Shown piece after piece: positions 1-10,547 of a stretch of 64,000 nt of DNA. The stretch spans positions 160,001-224,000 of the forward strand of contig CAVWHX010000005.1 of NCBI GenBank assembly GCA_963754925.1, read 5' to 3'. Numbering within the stretch: the first letter of the stretch is position 1; each line of letters begins with the position of its first letter. Under the pieces are notes generated by a model. That model was not told the origin of the DNA. It ran no database searches and saw nothing but the letters and a program-made list of their open reading frames with translations. Origin of the DNA: an uncultured delta proteobacterium. Lineage in GTDB: Bacteria; Myxococcota; B64-G9. The translations under genes were made by a program, and so were the position numbers.

Positions 1-545
1 TGGGCAGGCAGGGTAGATTGGGCAAGGCGGAAAGCCTCCTACGTGAGGCGCTCGCCATGGATCCAAAAAATGCGGATGCGCACAGCAATTTGGCTTTCAT
101 ACTGACGCAGCGGGGCAGTTTGGAGGAGGCGATAGAACACTGTCGAACGGCGCTTACGATTAATCCCGAGCACGCGGAGGCTTACAACAACCTAGGTACC
201 GCATTGGAACGGCAAGGAAAACTCAAGGATGCCATCGAACAATTTCGTGAAGCGCTTGACATCGAGCCTCAGCACCGAGAGGCGCGCAACAACATGGGTG
301 TTATATTGATCAAACAAGGAAAGCTGGACGAAGCGGTCGCGCAGTTTCGCCAGGTGCTAACGCTCAATCCCGATTATGCTGAGGCACACCATAACTTAGC
401 CATTGTGTTGGCCACTCAAGGAAAGAAAGGCGAGGCCATTGAGCAATTCCGCGAAGTCCTCCGAATCGACCCGGCGTATCCGGAGGAGCAGGATAAGCTT
501 AATGTCTTGTTGACTCAACGAGCTAACCCATCAGGCAATAAATAG
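1..545 (+). CDS. TPR-repeat protein, C-terminal part (5' end probably outside window)
   Basis: Tandem TPR consensus units (AEAYNNLGTAL..QGK..EA...FREAL.I.P); ORF-track start at 18 is a TTG right at the window edge. Confidence 0.9.
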   Translation, partial: GRQGRLGKAESLLREALAMDPKNADAHSNLAFILTQRGSLEEAIEHCRTALTINPEHAEAYNNLGTALERQGKLKDAIEQFREALDIEPQHREARNNMGVILIKQGKLDEAVAQFRQVLTLNPDYAEAHHNLAIVLATQGKKGEAIEQFREVLRIDPAYPEEQDKLNVLLTQRANPSGNK

Positions 546-681
546 CTGTATTTATGTGTGGCCCATTAAGCTGTATTAAAAATTCACACGTGTTGACAAA
601 GTCACATTGATTGTTATTCATGCTGTGAACGATCGTAGGTTGATCGTTTTGAAAGAATAGGAGTTTAATGACGCTATGATG

Positions 682-697
682 TGGCATCTTTTTTGCT
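682..697 (+). promoter_or_regulatory. sigma54 (-24/-12) promoter
   Basis: TGGCATCTTTTTTGCT = TGGCA-N6-TTGC, GG-N10-GC spacing, ~140 bp upstream of the START gene. Confidence 0.6.
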
Positions 698-838
698 CAA
701 ATGGAAACCAAACGTTCGATCGCCAGCAATCATCCTATGACGCAACACCGGGGCGAGTTGCTCGGCCGCCAATGGCGAACAGGGGCAAGGCAGAAAGGAC
801 CGAACGAATTTGTTTAAGGCTATGAAGGGAGAAGTACG

Positions 839-1486
839 GTGAAACTGGTTGCCTCAATCCTTTTGTTGATGATTCAGACGGGGAGCATCCCCGGTGACGA
901 ATGGACGCCTCCTGAGCAACCGCTCACCGATGAGGGTTTTGAGATGATCGCTCAAGAGCAAGGTGTTACGGTCTATCAGAGCAAGGAGGCAAAGAACATC
1001 AGGGTGGCGGCCGAAGGTCTGGTCAACGCTCCGCCGGACGAAGTGTTGACGGCATTGCTTGACTACGAGCATCAAAAAGGCTTCATCAAAAGGGTGACCG
1101 AGAGCAAGATTCTGGATCGCAAACAGCATTACCTCATCGTTTACCAACATTTGAACCTGCCTATTATCAGCGATCGCGATTATACCCTTTTCGTGGTGTG
1201 GGGTACCTCGGGCGATCTGCGCTGGGTCGTCTACCGAGCGATTAGCGACCAGGGGCCTCCCGAAAAAGACGGCATCGTGCGGGTTACGGATCATGAAGGC
1301 AGCTGGCAGCTCAAACCGATGGGTGCGAACGGCGAAGTCACCCAGCTGCGCTTTCAGATGAGCATCGACTTGGCCGGCTGGCTGCCGCGGTGGCTGGCGC
1401 GCTCTAAAGCCGGTGACGAGGTCCCCGATCTATTCGCCTCGATCCGTGCTTTGGTGCTCAACGAGGCTAAGGTACAGAAAGGATAA
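839..1486 (+). CDS. START/SRPBCC lipid-binding domain protein with putative signal peptide
   Basis: Hydrophobic N-terminus; START-like motifs (LPIISDRDY, GSWQLKP, DLAGWLPRWL). Confidence 0.75.
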   Translation: MKLVASILLLMIQTGSIPGDEWTPPEQPLTDEGFEMIAQEQGVTVYQSKEAKNIRVAAEGLVNAPPDEVLTALLDYEHQKGFIKRVTESKILDRKQHYLIVYQHLNLPIISDRDYTLFVVWGTSGDLRWVVYRAISDQGPPEKDGIVRVTDHEGSWQLKPMGANGEVTQLRFQMSIDLAGWLPRWLARSKAGDEVPDLFASIRALVLNEAKVQKG

Positions 1487-1491
1487 CAATC

Positions 1492-2724
1492 ATGTTTATC
1501 CAAATCCTGCTGATGACGGTAGCACTCGGGTTTTTGGCCTGGCTTATGCGATCCCAGGCGGTTCTTGCACGCGTGGGGCGCGCGAGCGCCACCAGTAAAC
1601 CGCTATCCCGGTATCCATCGGTGACCGTCGTTCGTCCCATCAAGGGACTGGATGCGGGAATCAGTGAAAATATCAACGCCGCACTCGATCATGGCTACCC
1701 GGGAGAGGTAGAAACCCTATTCGTATTCGACGACGATCACGAGCCTGCCCTGCCGTTGGTGCGCCGGGCCATCGAGACGCGCCGCTGGATCGGCAAAGAA
1801 CGTGATGCGCGCATCCTGTTTTCGGGAGCCCCCCCGCCGGGGCGAACCGGAAAACTCAACGCCATGATCACCGGGTTTCAGGAGTCCCGGGGAGAACTCG
1901 TTGCGTTTGCCGATTCCGATATCCGACCCGATCGGGATGCGCTTCGGATGTTAGTGGAAACCCTTTGCGCGACGCCCCGTGCCGGTGCGGCAAGCGCGCC
2001 GGTGGTGGTCACCGAAAATCCCGTGACGCTAGGCGATACCGGTTACGCCCTGCTGCTCAACGGCCTGTATGCGCCGGCAGCGGCAAAGACCGTTCGCGAG
2101 CGCAACGGAACGCTTTCCTTTATTATGGGACAGTTCATGGTGCTCACCCGAGAAGCCATCGCGGCCATTGGCGGTCTCGAGAGCGCCACGGGCCAATTGG
2201 TCGATGACATGTACCTCGGAGCCCGCATCAAGGCGGCCGGATTTCGCAACGTTGTTTCCCCCCAGCGGGTTCCCATCATTCAACGCGGCATGTCCCTGAA
2301 GGAGTTCTGGCGCACCTACGTGCGCTGGATCGCTTTTTCGCGCAGCGGGCTCCCGGGCCGTGAGTTCAAGGTGCTGTCGTACCTGCGGCCAGCGATGTTC
2401 TGGTCGGGCCTGATTGCAGCCGGTGTCGCTGCGTCGCAGGGCTTCTGGTTGATAGCCCTGCTCAACGCGCTGGTTCCCGTCGAGGTTACGGCGTCTACCA
2501 TCTATCTCCATCGCGTGGTCGGCGGCGGACGGTTGACCTGGGGTCAACAGGTGGCCTCCTTCTTGCTCCTCCTGGTGGGGCCGGCAGTGCTCCTCAGCAC
2601 CGTCCTGAAGCGCACCGTCAACTGGCGTGGCCGCAGCTACAAGCTCAACGGCAAGGCACAGCTCGCCGCGGGCCGGGCGTTGGCGCCCGGTGAGAACTGC
2701 GTCAATTGTCGCAAAGCGGCCTAG
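1492..2724 (+). CDS. GT2/GT21 glycosyltransferase (ceramide glucosyltransferase/HpnI-like)
   Basis: N-terminal TM; RPIKGLD, GKLNAM, DSDI, VDDMYLG, (Q)xxRW-like TYVRW; C-terminal TMs and WRGRSY. Confidence 0.8.
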   Translation: MFIQILLMTVALGFLAWLMRSQAVLARVGRASATSKPLSRYPSVTVVRPIKGLDAGISENINAALDHGYPGEVETLFVFDDDHEPALPLVRRAIETRRWIGKERDARILFSGAPPPGRTGKLNAMITGFQESRGELVAFADSDIRPDRDALRMLVETLCATPRAGAASAPVVVTENPVTLGDTGYALLLNGLYAPAAAKTVRERNGTLSFIMGQFMVLTREAIAAIGGLESATGQLVDDMYLGARIKAAGFRNVVSPQRVPIIQRGMSLKEFWRTYVRWIAFSRSGLPGREFKVLSYLRPAMFWSGLIAAGVAASQGFWLIALLNALVPVEVTASTIYLHRVVGGGRLTWGQQVASFLLLLVGPAVLLSTVLKRTVNWRGRSYKLNGKAQLAAGRALAPGENCVNCRKAA

Positions 2725-2805
2725 CGCTCAGCGGTTGTCTATTGATCTCGTCTCCCAATCGAAGTATCGTGCCGTTGATTATCTCACTAGAGAGAGGGCC
2801 CTGCC

Positions 2806-4575
2806 ATGGACACGAAGGATAGCAGCCTTCGAGCCCACTTGACCTACCAGCCGCAGGTATTGACGTTCGGCACCAGCGGGCGTCGGGGCGAGGTCATCCA
2901 TCTCACCCAGCTCGAAATTTACCTCAACGCCCTCGCCGAGATTGAATACCTTAAGACCCTTCCGGCCGCTGCGGGAGGTGTGGCCGAAGGCTCGGAATTC
3001 TACCTGGCACATGACCTTCGACCAAGCTCGTCCCGCTTCGACCCGGCTTTCGGAGGCCGCGGCGAGATTGCACAGGCCATTCTGAGGGCCATCCGAGACG
3101 CCGGCTTGCATCCGGTGAATCTGGGACGGATCCCGACACCCGCGTTGACGTTCTACGCCGTGCGACGGACAGGGGGCAGCATGATGGTAACCGGCAGCCA
3201 CATTCCGTTCGATCGCAACGGCTACAAGACCAACACCGCGCGGGGCGAATTGCGCAAAGAGGACGAGGCTCCCATCAACCACCGCGCTGACATCATGCGC
3301 CGACAGCTCTACCAACAGCCATTCGCCTCGTCGCTGTTCGATGAGCGCGGACTCTTCAAAACGGGCCACCAGGAGTTGCCGCCGGAGACGGCGTCGGGCC
3401 GCAACGAATACCTGCGCCGCTACCTCGACTTTTTCGCCGGCCGAACGCTCGCAGGGATGCGCGTGCTGGTCTATCAGCACTCGGCCGTGGGTCGCGACCT
3501 GTTGGTAGAGCTTTTGCAACAGCTCGGCGCCGCAGTGAGTGCCGCGGGCCGCAGCGAAACCTTTGTGCCGATCGACACCGAGAATATGGGCGAGGCGCAG
3601 CTCAGCGGCATCCAGGCGCTCGTCGATGAAGCCTGGGCGCGGCAGGGGCCCCTCAACGCGGTTGTGTCGACGGACGGCGACAGCGACCGTCCCCTCCTGC
3701 TTGGGTTCGACCGGCCCCCCGGCAGCGCCATGGCCTCACCCGGTCGCCTGCGCTTCTTCAGTGGCGACCTGGTGGGCATGACGGTGGCCGAATTTCTGGG
3801 CGCCGATGCCGTCGTGGTGCCCATTAGCTGCATCGATTCCCTGGAGCGCGGCGCGCTGAAGAACTGTCTTGAGCCCCGTACCCGCATCGGGTCACCATTC
3901 GTTATCGCCGGCATGGAGCGTGCGCGCGCCAGAGGGCGTCGAGCGGTCTGTGGTTGGGAGGCCAACGGGGGCTTCCTCACCGCTTCCCCGTTCGTACAAG
4001 GCGATCGCGAGCTCGATGCCTTACCGACCCGCGACGCCGTTCTGCCGATTCTCGGCGCGTTGACGAGCGCCCACGAAAAGGGTCTGTCGCTCTCGGCGTT
4101 GTTCGATGCCCTGCCCCAACGATTTGGTCGAGCTTCCCTGCTCAAGAACATCCCGCGGTCGCTCGGACTGCGGGTCGTCGAACGCTTTTCACCCGATAAT
4201 CCAGCGGTTGCGGAGGTCATCTTCAAAGAGAATCGTGTGCGGCTCTTGGATGAGCACGGCGCCGAGGTGCCCTCTACGAAGACCCAGACGCGCGCTCTAC
4301 TCGATGATCGCGAGGCCCTGGGAGCGTTCTTTGCGCCGAGCGTCGGCTTTGGCCGGATCGTCCGCTTCAACACCCTCGATGGCCTTCGACTTTGGTTCGA
4401 AAACGGTGACATCGCCCACGTTCGTCCCTCGGGTAACGCAGACGAACTACGCATGTACGCGGTGGCCGATACCCCAGCGCGCGCAGATGCCATCGTGAAG
4501 ATGGGTATCGCCGAACCGGATGGAATCCTGCGCAAGCTCATCGATGCGGTGGGTAGCGATCTCAATCCGCGGTGA
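2806..4575 (+). CDS. Phosphomannomutase/phosphoglucomutase family
   Basis: FGTSGRRG, phospho-Ser motif TGSHIP, metal-binding DGDSDR, GWEANGG, RPSGNA. Confidence 0.9.
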   Translation: MDTKDSSLRAHLTYQPQVLTFGTSGRRGEVIHLTQLEIYLNALAEIEYLKTLPAAAGGVAEGSEFYLAHDLRPSSSRFDPAFGGRGEIAQAILRAIRDAGLHPVNLGRIPTPALTFYAVRRTGGSMMVTGSHIPFDRNGYKTNTARGELRKEDEAPINHRADIMRRQLYQQPFASSLFDERGLFKTGHQELPPETASGRNEYLRRYLDFFAGRTLAGMRVLVYQHSAVGRDLLVELLQQLGAAVSAAGRSETFVPIDTENMGEAQLSGIQALVDEAWARQGPLNAVVSTDGDSDRPLLLGFDRPPGSAMASPGRLRFFSGDLVGMTVAEFLGADAVVVPISCIDSLERGALKNCLEPRTRIGSPFVIAGMERARARGRRAVCGWEANGGFLTASPFVQGDRELDALPTRDAVLPILGALTSAHEKGLSLSALFDALPQRFGRASLLKNIPRSLGLRVVERFSPDNPAVAEVIFKENRVRLLDEHGAEVPSTKTQTRALLDDREALGAFFAPSVGFGRIVRFNTLDGLRLWFENGDIAHVRPSGNADELRMYAVADTPARADAIVKMGIAEPDGILRKLIDAVGSDLNPR

Positions 4576-5449
4576 TGACGTTGTTCTGCAGTAGCTGAAC
4601 CAAAATACGAACTCCTTCGAGCGGGCTGAGGCCGCAAATGAGGAGAATTTCATCGAAGGATATCGAGCCGTCCACGAGAGAGAGCACAAATCCAGCGCGG
4701 TGGTCGAGGTTGAGCCAAATAATCTCGTCGCCGCGCATGCATACCTTTGGCACCCGATCTAAGCTCCCCAGTTTTGAGTAAAGCATCTCGGTCAGGTTCT
4801 GCTGGGCCTCGGCCTGCATCTGGGTCGCCCTCGGGTCATCGGGGTTTTGCAAGAGGATGCGCTCCAACAACTCGAGAGCGCCGCTGAAATCATTGAGAGC
4901 CATACGATCCTGGGCAGCTTTAAGCAATGGCTCGCTCGATTGCTGGTTTTGATGTGATTCTTGAGGCGCCGGTGGCGTCTCGACCGCCACGAGTTCCAAG
5001 GCAGAAAGAGTGCCGGGAACGTTGGGTTGTGCCATGGATCGAACACCGGGCTTCGGCGGCAACGTCGAGGTCAAAATCTCAGGTTGCGGTGTCGGCACGG
5101 GTGAGGGCGGCGGTTGCGAAGGCATGAGTGCTTCGACGACGCTCGATCCAATCGATTGCCCCTCGTAGATATCACCCCAATGCGCGGACTGAAAAATCGA
5201 CTTCGCCGGATGGGTATATGCAGCCGGAGCAGTTTCTTCGGCGACATCGGGCTGTTTGGTTGAAGGAGTGGACAGGGGAGTGGATGCCCAGTGTTTCTCG
5301 ATAAAGATAATATAATCGCGGGCACGGGCGTTGGTCGGATCTAACTCCAACACGCGCCGCCAGGCCGCCAGGGCCTCCTCAAGGTTGCCTAATCCGTAGG
5401 AAGTCAGGCCTTGATCGAGCAGTTTGAGGATGGCTTCATCATACATCAT
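4562..5449 (-). CDS. TPR-containing hypothetical protein with Pro-rich linker and C-terminal wHTH-like region
   Basis: N-terminal TPR, Pro-rich middle, second TPR, C-terminal LDHRAGFVLSLVDG; translationally coupled to the dnaK paralog (ATGA overlap). Confidence 0.7.
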   Translation of the reverse strand: MMYDEAILKLLDQGLTSYGLGNLEEALAAWRRVLELDPTNARARDYIIFIEKHWASTPLSTPSTKQPDVAEETAPAAYTHPAKSIFQSAHWGDIYEGQSIGSSVVEALMPSQPPPSPVPTPQPEILTSTLPPKPGVRSMAQPNVPGTLSALELVAVETPPAPQESHQNQQSSEPLLKAAQDRMALNDFSGALELLERILLQNPDDPRATQMQAEAQQNLTEMLYSKLGSLDRVPKVCMRGDEIIWLNLDHRAGFVLSLVDGSISFDEILLICGLSPLEGVRILVQLLQNNVITAD

Positions 5450-7302
5450 GAAGGCGTGCCCGTGGGATACCAGCGTCCGGCCAGGTTACGAAAGATAGAA
5501 AGGGTGCGTTCAAGTGGTTCAATGCTGTTGTCAACGGTTTCCAGATCATGCTTCGCGATGGCCTTCCGGGTTTGTTCAAGGACGGCGGTGGCCTTGGTGA
5601 GTATTTCGTTACTGAGGGCGGAGGTGGTGATGACCTCGGTGACGAGCGGCATAAGCGTCTCGATCTCGCCAATCAACCCCTCGACCTTTGAGCGCAGCTT
5701 GTCGAAAAACTGGTCTTGGGCGGCGGCCAGGAGGTAGTCTTGGTTTTCCTCGGTCATCCGTTTGACTTCTTCTTCGGTCAGGCCGCTCGTGGCGGTGACC
5801 ACGATTGACTGGCGCCGTCCGGTTTCCATATCGCGGGCCAAGACGCTGACAATGCCGTCGGCCGAGATATCAAAGGTTACCTCGACCTCGACCTCGCCGC
5901 GCCGCGCTTCGCGCAATCCGGTGAGGATGAACTCGCCGAGCATCTCGTTTTCGTTTGCAACCGTGTTTTCGCCCTGGAACACCATGATGCGCACCACCGA
6001 CTGACCGTCCTTGACCGTGGTGAACAGGTGGCTGGCGCTCGTGGGTACGGTGGTATTTTTTTCAATCAGCCGTTGAAAATAGCCGCCGACGATCATGATG
6101 CCCAGGGATTGCGGCGTAACGTCCAAGAGCAATGGTTTGTCGTGTCGAACGCCGCTCTTTTCCGCCACCAAAGCGTAACCCTGGATCGAGGCGCCTTGCG
6201 CCACGACCTCGTCCGGATGAACGCTTTTTGACGGTTCGCGTTCGAAAAACTTCTGCACAAACTCTTGAACTTTCGGCATGCGGCTCTGGCCGCCAACCAA
6301 AATTACTTCCGAAATCTCGTTCTTGCGCAGCCCCGACTCGACCAGCGTTTTATCGCATATCTCAATGGTGCGCTGGATCAGGTCAACGGTGAGCTCCTCA
6401 AGTTGAGGACGCGTCAGCATCTTATGGAAATGCAAGGTTTTGTTCTTGGCCGCCGTAAATAAAAACGGTAGATTAATCTCGACCTCATTTTGAAAACTCA
6501 GCTCGCATTTGGCTTGTTCAGCCGCATCCTTAATTCGCTGCAATGCCATCAGATCGGAGCGCGGGTCGACGTGGTTCTCCTCGATGAACGCGGACACGAT
6601 CCAATTGGCGATACGCAGATCGAAATCTTCGCCGCCTAAAAACGTATCGCCGGCCGTGGCCACCACCTCATACACGCCTTGGCCGATGTCGAGGAGTGAA
6701 ATGTCGAAGGTCCCACCGCCCAAATCGTAGACGGCGATTCTTTTCTCGACCTGCTTGCCGAAACCGTAGGCGAGCGCGGCGGCGGTCGGTTCGTTGATAA
6801 TCCGCAGCAGCTCAAGCCCGGCAATCTTTCCAGCATCCTTAGTGGACGAGCGTTGGCCGTCGTTGAAAAAGGCGGGGACGGTGACGACCGCCAGATTGAT
6901 CGAGCTGCCGAAGTATTCCTCGGCGATGCGCTTCATCTCGGTCAATACCATGGCCGATATCTCGGGGACGCTGTACTGTTTTTCTTGCACCTCTATCCGG
7001 ATATCGTTATGAGGCCCCTCCACCATGGAATACGGAACCACCGCTTTGACTTTCTGAACGATATCGCTATTCCACTTCCGGCCGATGAAACGCTTGACCG
7101 AATAGACCGTATTCGTGGGATTCGTAACTGCCTGGCGCTTGGCCAATTGTCCCACCAAGCGGCGCCCGCCGGAGGTGAAGGCCACCATCGAAGGCGTCGT
7201 GCGGTAGCCGCCTTTGTTGGCAATCACCACCGGTGTGCCGTTCTCCACGACCGCTACGCACGAGTACGTGGTTCCGAGATCGATGCCGAGTACGCGCTCC
7301 AT
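5446..7302 (-). CDS. dnaK: Hsp70/DnaK family chaperone (paralog)
   Basis: GIDLGTTYS, IINEPTAAALAYG, YDLGGGTFD, VGGQSRMP. Confidence 0.92.
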   Translation of the reverse strand: MERVLGIDLGTTYSCVAVVENGTPVVIANKGGYRTTPSMVAFTSGGRRLVGQLAKRQAVTNPTNTVYSVKRFIGRKWNSDIVQKVKAVVPYSMVEGPHNDIRIEVQEKQYSVPEISAMVLTEMKRIAEEYFGSSINLAVVTVPAFFNDGQRSSTKDAGKIAGLELLRIINEPTAAALAYGFGKQVEKRIAVYDLGGGTFDISLLDIGQGVYEVVATAGDTFLGGEDFDLRIANWIVSAFIEENHVDPRSDLMALQRIKDAAEQAKCELSFQNEVEINLPFLFTAAKNKTLHFHKMLTRPQLEELTVDLIQRTIEICDKTLVESGLRKNEISEVILVGGQSRMPKVQEFVQKFFEREPSKSVHPDEVVAQGASIQGYALVAEKSGVRHDKPLLLDVTPQSLGIMIVGGYFQRLIEKNTTVPTSASHLFTTVKDGQSVVRIMVFQGENTVANENEMLGEFILTGLREARRGEVEVEVTFDISADGIVSVLARDMETGRRQSIVVTATSGLTEEEVKRMTEENQDYLLAAAQDQFFDKLRSKVEGLIGEIETLMPLVTEVITTSALSNEILTKATAVLEQTRKAIAKHDLETVDNSIEPLERTLSIFRNLAGRWYPTGTPS

Positions 7303-7332
7303 ACCTTCTCCATCACTAGCTCTGTTCGTTGG

Positions 7333-8373
7333 TTAAGTTTTTTTCTTAATTCGTTTAATTTTTGCTAGGACGATATCATCCAACGGATTAAGCTGTGCGT
7401 ACCGTTGAAACTCGCGCAGCGCGTTGAGATGCATTTCCGATACCTCGTACAAGTGAGCCAACGTATAGGCAATCTCCTGGTTGTCCGGCGCTAGTTGGGC
7501 AGCCTTGCGGCAGTATGAAATCGCCTTGCGTACATCACGCTGCAGGGTGAGCATGATGGCCGCGGCGTGATAGAGCGATTCGACGTCATTAGGGAACAAC
7601 TCAATCGCACGGATGTAGGCGGTTAGCGCGTCCTCGGTATTGCCCTGCGCTTCCTCGTAGCGAGCTCGTTTCAGCTCCAGCTGAGAACGAATCTCGGAAG
7701 ATTTCGGCTGGACGGCTTCTAAGAGCTTTTTGTACTCTTTGTTTTCAGGATCAAGGGCGATGGCCATTCGGATGTTGTTGGTCGCCTGAACGAAATGGTC
7801 TTGCTTTTGGAACTCGAGCGCTTCCTGATAATGTTTTTGAGCCTGCTCCCGGCGCTGGGGCAGTGGCGTACGGCGTATCAGGCGCTCGCGGCGCTCCTGT
7901 TTGAGCTTTTCGTCCCGCTCCTTTTCGCGTTCGGATAGGGCCTGCGCCTCGATTTCTTCCTGCGTCGGCTGATAGGGAATCGTCGCTTCGTATGCCTTGC
8001 GTTTCTGCTCGTTGGAGAGAACCTCGTAGGCGAGGTTAATGCGCTTGAAGATCGCCTCGATTTTAGCGTGGAACGAGCCCACGTTCTTGCGGAAGAACCC
8101 GTCGGGGTGAAAGTCCTTCGACACGCTGAAATAGGCCTTCTTAATCGCTCGTGCATCAGCGCGACGGTCGACCTGAAGGATCTGAAAGTGGGTGAGGGTA
8201 TCGAGGCGCTTGTACAGGTACAGAATCTTCTTTTTAGTAGGCTCGTCCAGATCGACTTGTTCGGCCAAATCGCGCGGGTCGAGAGTTACGTCCTCCCACG
8301 GCTCGGACGGGGATTTGCGATCATCGTTATTGTAAACACTGGCCGGCATACTCGTTATGTTAACCGCATTCAA
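7333..8373 (-). CDS. J-domain plus TPR co-chaperone
   Basis: IKKAYF..SKDFHPD J-domain with HPD motif, followed by TPR repeats. Confidence 0.85.
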   Translation of the reverse strand: MNAVNITSMPASVYNNDDRKSPSEPWEDVTLDPRDLAEQVDLDEPTKKKILYLYKRLDTLTHFQILQVDRRADARAIKKAYFSVSKDFHPDGFFRKNVGSFHAKIEAIFKRINLAYEVLSNEQKRKAYEATIPYQPTQEEIEAQALSEREKERDEKLKQERRERLIRRTPLPQRREQAQKHYQEALEFQKQDHFVQATNNIRMAIALDPENKEYKKLLEAVQPKSSEIRSQLELKRARYEEAQGNTEDALTAYIRAIELFPNDVESLYHAAAIMLTLQRDVRKAISYCRKAAQLAPDNQEIAYTLAHLYEVSEMHLNALREFQRYAQLNPLDDIVLAKIKRIKKKT

Positions 8374-8554
8374 AACATCGCATTAGATAATGGAAAAACA
8401 ACGTTTATCGAACAGCAGTCTCTCCCGTGACATTCGAAACACGTTTGCATTCTACCACGAAACATCATAATGCACCACGGTGCCCCTGGCAAGCATTCGA
8501 CACGGCGCTACCCACCGTGAAATCGAGGCATAAAACTCTATATACAACAGTGTC

Positions 8555-9974
8555 TTAAAGGATGTAGCGACTGAGATCGAGATCCGAGACAATTCCAGAC
8601 AACGCCTGACGGACGTTTTCGGCGCTGTAGCTCACGGTGGTTGTGCCCATCTCCGGGGCTCTAAACGACAGATCCTCAAGCAGCTTTTCCATCACGGTGT
8701 GCAGCCTGCGCGCGCCGATGTTCTCGGTGCGGGAGTTGACCTCTGCGGCGATATCGGCCAGGGCCATAAGCGCCTGGTGGTCGAACTCCAAGGTTATTTT
8801 CTCGGTGGCCATTAACGCGCTGTACTGCTTGACCAGCGAGTTTTTAGGTTCGGTCAGAATGCGCACGAACTCGTCGCGTCCGAGGCTTTTGAGCTCAACG
8901 CGGATGGGAAACCGACCCTGCAACTCGGGGATCAGGTCCGAAGGCTTGGCAACGTTAAACGCGCCGGCGGCGATGAATAAAATATGGCGGGTGTCGACCA
9001 TACCGTATTTGGTGGCTACCGTGCAGCCTTCGACGATCGGCAGCAGGTCGCGCTGCACTCCCTCGCGGGAGACATCCGGGCCGCGGCCGCTTTCGCGTCC
9101 GGCCACCTTGTCGATCTCATCAATGAAAATGATGCCGGTCTGTTCGGCTCGCGCCAACGCCTCGCGAGAGACCTTTTCCATATCGACCAACTTCTGCGAT
9201 TCCTCTTGAGCGAGCAGCCGCAAGGCCTCGGGTACTCTTAACCCGGCGCTTCTTGGTGCGCTTGGGTAAAATATTGCCCATGAGATCCTGCAGGTTCATG
9301 TTCATTTCTTCAACCCCGGACGTGGAAAACACCTGCATCATCGGGAAGACGCCGGCGCGGTCCTGCATACTCAACTCCACGTCGCGCTCATCGAGTTGCC
9401 CGTCACGCAACATACGACGGAACTTTTCGCGGGTGGAATCCATGCGCTCGTGCTTGTCTGCGTTCGGTTGGTTGAGCGGTAGGGACATGCTGACATTGGA
9501 CGAGGGCGTCGGGCGGTCCTCGAAGCTCTGCGGCTTCGGCGGCACGAGGATATTGAGCAGCCGTTCCTCGGCGACGTCCTGCGCCCGGAGCCGCACCCGC
9601 TCGGTTTCCTCGTCGCGTACCATTTTAACGGCGATCTCGACCAAATCGCGCACCATGGACTCGACGTCGCGGCCCACGTAGCCAATTTCGGTGTATTTGC
9701 TCGCCTCGACTTTTAAGAACGGAGCCTGGGCGAGCCGCGCCAGGCGGCGAGCTATCTCAGTTTTGCCGACCCCGGTTGGACCGATCATGATGATGTTTTT
9801 GGGGGCGATTTCTTCGCGGAGATCCTCAGGTACTTGAGTGCGACGCCAACGGTTGCGTAACGCAATCGCCACCGCGCGCTTGGCGTCGTTTTGTCCGACA
9901 ATATAACGGTCAAGTTCAGAAACGATCTCGCGCGGGGTGAACGTGGAAAGTGATGTTTCGGTTTTGTCTGGCAT
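8555..9974 (-). CDS. hslU: ATP-dependent protease ATPase subunit HslU (frameshift near 9236, likely a sequencing error)
   Basis: [18 protein letters not shown] Walker A, FIDEIDK Walker B, GARRLHT, DLSRYIL; split over ORFs 9120-9974 and 8555-9223. Confidence 0.93.
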
Positions 9975-10007
9975 TGCTTAATCCTTATGGTGACTCACCG
10001 GGGTTGC

Positions 10008-10547
10008 TTAGGAGCCGAGCTTTTCCAAGGTAATCTCGTGGTTAGAGAAAATACAAATGTCGGCGGCGATCGCCATGGCCCTGCGGGCGATTTCGTCGGC
10101 CGGAAGTTCGGTGTTTTCAAGCAAGGCGCGCGCAGCCGCCTGCGCGTAGGGACCGCCGCTGCCGATTGCCATCACCCCGCTGTCCGGCTCGATCACATCG
10201 CCGGTGCCCGACACCAAAAGAATCTGCTGGAGATCGGCCACCATCAGCATGGCTGACAGCCGGCGCAACACCCGGTCGGTGCGCCACTCCTTGGAGAGTT
10301 CCACTGCCGCGCGGACTAAACTCCCGCCGTGTTCCTTGAGTTTGGCCTCGAAGCGTTCGAAAAGCGTCAATGCATCCGCGGTGCTGCCGGCAAAGCCCGA
10401 TAGGATCTTACCGTCAAGGAGGGTGCGCACTTTTCGGGCGCGACTCTTCAAAACCACCTTATCCATGGTCACTTGGCCGTTGCCCGCCATGACCATCATA
10501 GTGTCCCGCCGGACGGCCAGAATGGTCGTTGAACGAATGGTTGTCAT
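10008..10547 (-). CDS. hslV: ATP-dependent protease subunit HslV
   Basis: STTILAVR N-terminal Thr, [24 protein letters not shown]. Confidence 0.95.
   Translation of the reverse strand: MTTIRSTTILAVRRDTMMVMAGNGQVTMDKVVLKSRARKVRTLLDGKILSGFAGSTADALTLFERFEAKLKEHGGSLVRAAVELSKEWRTDRVLRRLSAMLMVADLQQILLVSGTGDVIEPDSGVMAIGSGGPYAQAAARALLENTELPADEIARRAMAIAADICIFSNHEITLEKLGS

Noticed and set aside
3474..4637. Long antisense ORFs (e.g. 3474-4637, 28019-29110, 31123-31956)
   Set aside because: Shadows of well-supported GC-rich genes on the opposite strand, with no motifs.
9225..9245. Programmed frameshift in hslU (or in top6B/top6A)
   Set aside because: No slippery heptamer with a stimulator was seen; similar indels are scattered across the window, favouring sequencing error.
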